Source of the DNA: Proteromonas lacertae
Taxonomy: Eukaryota
DNA: 51,882 bases
Direction: 5' to 3'
Assembly (NCBI GenBank): GCA_002245135.1
Contig: NGBS01000627.1
Location: 1 to 51,882, forward strand
The position numbers and the translations under genes were made by a program. This document shows, one piece after another, positions 48,383 to 51,882 of this stretch. Every line of letters starts with the position of its first letter. Positions within the stretch are counted from its first letter, which is position 1. The notes beneath the pieces are model-generated. The model did not search any database. It worked only from the letters and a program-made list of their open reading frames with translations, and was not told the DNA's origin.

Positions 48383-49600
48383 TGCCTAGGTAATGATTCC
48401 AGATCAGAACTTTACTTATAGATCCAGGAGCTACTTTACTTAGATGACTTCTCAGGTATCTCTTATATCATAACATGTCCTGGCCTTCAACAGCTTTACC
48501 TACCTCCCGAGAAGTACCTGCTTACTCTATCCACACGATGAACTTCAACTCCTTACGATTACTAGCTGATGGATGTAGATGACTTTATCGGTCTTGTAAT
48601 GAGTTGCGTGATCTCTATGCTGTGAACTTCATAGTCTCGATCATCATCTACCATCTTAACTTACAATGCTTCTATTCCGATAAGACTTATACGATGGTCA
48701 GAAGCCTCCCTTTGAAGTTCAACTACTCTCCGTAGACTTCACTTGCACATTTGACTTCCAAGGATCTACTAATCGTCTCTCTATTCCAGATGCTCCTTTA
48801 CCTTCTTGGACTTCTCGAACGTGGCAGGCATTGCCTATGAAGTACTTTGTCTTCACTCTTGGTTCTAGCAGTCTATGATCACTGCTATAGTAAGTACCTT
48901 GAGACTGACTGCTGAAGTTAGAGTTGATCTCATCCTTAACATCTCTTGAAGAACTACTTGTGATCTTTACCGATACCTCTCTCTTGAACTGATGGTAACC
49001 CTCAAGTGACAATTCCTTCTAGTTCTAGTTCATCGAAGTTGTTGATCCTCAGTAATGTACTAGCCTTCAGTCTGATCACTACTAGTCTCGGTATTGTTAT
49101 TGAAGTCAGTGTCTTTTACCTATCTACTGATAATCACCTTACGATCGATAGCTTATAGACTCTTGGACATCTATGCCAGTGTTGCTACTTGAGGAGTATA
49201 CGATATCTCTGGTCTACTTACTTACTTACTAGTAATGATTCCTAGCATCACAAGTAAGGACTACTCAGGTAAAGGATTATCGATCACACTTCCTATAGTC
49301 TGCAATTGTAACTCTTTATGTACCTACAACTACTTCATGATCTTCAGAGTCATTGATCCAAGGTTGTTATCTCGGGTTGTTGATGTCCTTACTATCATTG
49401 ACTTATCCGAGACTCCTTTAGTTTATTGAATTGATTACTTACCATGTCCTTGAGTTGCTCATCTCCGTAAGGTTCCTTGAATTGATTATTTCTATTGTCC
49501 TCGGTCATACCCAAGGTAACATTTTACTAAGTACCAACAATGTTAATCACGTTCCTTATCAGGAGATGGCGTTTACTACTACTACTACTACTTGTGGAAG

Positions 49601-50536
49601 TTACGATGACTTTGCCTGGTAAGGAGTTGCTTCAGAAGCTAGCTTTAGATGCTTCGCTGGAGGATCACTTGAAGCACCTAGCGATGGTAGTGAGGGTGTT
49701 GCTATCGGTCTCTTCTTCGGAGGATTACTAAGCTGTTTTTGTCTCCTCATTGATTCTATCCTGAGTCGGAGATGATCTTCATATTGTCTTAAGCGATGAT
49801 ACAGACTCAAGAGACAGCACATCGGAAGTGACTTTACCTTTAGATCTACGTGAAAGTTGATGTGTCCATCTTTGATAGATAAAACTATCTTGGCCTGGCA
49901 AGACTTCTCTTTGAGGTGAACAGCATCACATGGAAATGAAATAATCTTATCGAACATCCCATCATGGTCGATTAGATCATTGTTGTCCTTGATTGTCTTA
50001 AGAATCTCATGTATACTGTGTTGCATAAGCTGATTAATTATATCCCTTGTTTTATCACTGGAGTTGATGGAGATTCCTGGTTTGATTCTTAGTAGGTTTC
50101 CCAGATCTACATCTTGGACAACATCGATAGTAGCCTCCATTGGCTTTAACATCATCGATGAAGCGAAGTGCATATGGCATCTACTGCAGGACATAGTCTT
50201 GGCTATGAGTTCACCGTTCTCTTCCAAGGCTTTACGTTCCTCATGGCATCGGGCTCTTCAAGAACTACAACAGCGGTAGGCTCTTCCATTAGCTTCAGAT
50301 TGAACTCCTTCTTACACCTACTACACTTCGTTACTGGTTGTATAGTTCCATTGATAGGTAACTTACAATGGTTCAATGGAGGATCATTTGAAGCTCTTTG
50401 TGGTGATGATGATGATGATGTTAATTCCTCCCTACATCGACTACACATCTTATAGAAGTGCTTTCCATCTCTCTTGATCTCCTCGGAGCTTTCGATAACA
50501 TTTGTTGCAGATAAACATAAGACCTTTGAAGTTCAA
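49601..50536 (-). pseudogene. Mirror copy of the zinc-ribbon gene
   Basis: Same sequence with small indels; the TGA is retained. Confidence 0.65.
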
Positions 50537-51882
50537 GGAATTATCAGACTAACCATTTTTCCATGAATTCTATCGTCAGAGATGCCACGTTATACCTTAT
50601 CAGTAACTTCTCTCAGTCATCACTCCGAGAACTATAATCAACTGTCTTGGTACTTCTTCAATGTCCTTGATCTTCATGATCCAACCCTCCGTGACTGCTA
50701 CGCCTACTCGTAAGGTATCCTATTGGAATGAATTCTAAATACTTGTTACCTTGGAATTTCTTCGGCTCTAAGCATTGATTATTACCTTGCCCTGTATTAG
50801 TCAATCAAAGCTATCTTGGTTGCTAGAGCCTTGAGATTCCATTGATGAAGTCGTAGTACTCACTGAGGAGTATCCTCCATTGGGTTTAAGGAAGTTCTCT
50901 AGCTCCTTCTTATTGAGGCATTTCATGCAAATAGACCACTAATGACCTGTCTTAGACTTTGATCCATTGATCCATTGAGAAAATAGGAGTTGGGTCTATT
51001 GCTGACGACTTTATCGATGTGAAGGACCCTCTTAATGGCTCCTCTACATATCAAGTATTTCACGTTCTCGAGAGCCTTCTACGTCCGCGAGAACTCCTCC
51101 TTTCAGCTATACTCCAGGAGGACTTCTCTCGTTCTTGTCATTATGATGATCTCCTCGGTGAGCTCCTGGACAATGTAATTAAACTTTACCTAGAAGCGTT
51201 ATAAGGACAATGAAGCATACCTAGGCAATGATCCCATGTATGTTCCTTGACTTTTGTAATGCAGTCTCTTGATGGAAGTTCCATGACTGTGTCAGGAGGT
51301 TCCTCTTGAGTTACAGCTCAAGGAGGAACATCCTTTCCTTGCTAGGATAGGTGATAGTTGAATGTTACCTAGAAGAGTTATAAAGCCATTGTAACTTACC
51401 TCTAGAAACCTTCCGAGATTACTTATCATTATCTTCAAGGCCCATCCAGAAGTACCATCAAGGCACCTTCCCAGATACGTCCAGCCGTGCATGACTGCGT
51501 CAGGGAATCTCCCATCGTGGGAGATTCCCTTCCTTGCCAACACGGCTGTTCTTCTCGGGAAGGTCTTGGATGAACTTATCTAGGAGAGTTATAAGGATGA
51601 TAAACTTACCCTTTAGAAGCCTTCCGAGATTGCTAATCATTATCTTCAAGGACCCTTGAGAAATCCACAACTAGCTAGAACCTCCCGTAGTTACCATTTG
51701 GGTAACTTGGTTAACAATTGGTAACAAGTTAACAATTGTAAACTCCCGATTCCACGATTGGTTTCCACGATTCAATTAAAAGCCCTTACAAGATCACCAG
51801 CGTAGCAAGGAGAGTCAAGAGCATGATTAGAATCATCACCTCGAGGTAACCAACACTTCTAGATAGCTTTCAGGAGTACCCG

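Larger units (their letters stand above)
36676..51882. repeat. Giant inverted duplication: arms 36676-44146 and 44477-51882 (runs off the window), spacer about 330 bp
   Basis: Mirror-image ORF set (40542-42056 equals 46507-48021); inner coordinates sum to 88623. Confidence 0.95.
45550..51882 (-). mobile_element. Mirror copy of the 6.6-kb TIR element (far TIR cut by the window end)
   Basis: Starts TATATAGTATATAAATGGGAC at 45550 with the same flank as 43073. Confidence 0.9.

Overview
Very AT-rich, apparently intron-free DNA, probably from a eukaryotic microbe (hAT and Tc1 transposons, standard genetic code); a giant-virus-derived region cannot be excluded. Two layers alternate. (1) An AT-rich island of about 20 intact or decaying glycan-modification genes (GT2-like, GT31, GT61, GT-B-like, FkbM and other SAM methyltransferases, OafA-type acyltransferase-3/SGNH), mostly with N-terminal membrane anchors. 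(2) Visibly GC-richer mobile DNA. The main observation is a family of terminal-inverted-repeat (TIR) elements whose ends begin TATATAGTA, carry a subterminal hairpin and are flanked by 6-bp target-site duplications (TSDs). Members are a 6.6-kb copy (36448-43073, about 275-bp TIRs, TSD CTTTTC) with a CxxC zinc-ribbon repeat gene and a 730-codon fibre-like frame, a 225-bp palindrome (TSD GAGAAA), a 153-bp mini-element and truncated copies. The architecture is Polinton/Maverick-like, but I could not recognise an integrase, polymerase, ATPase or capsid gene. The last 15 kb is a giant inverted duplication (arms at least 7.4 kb, spacer about 330 bp) that may be real or an assembly fold-back. All family calls come from motif reading, not database searches.
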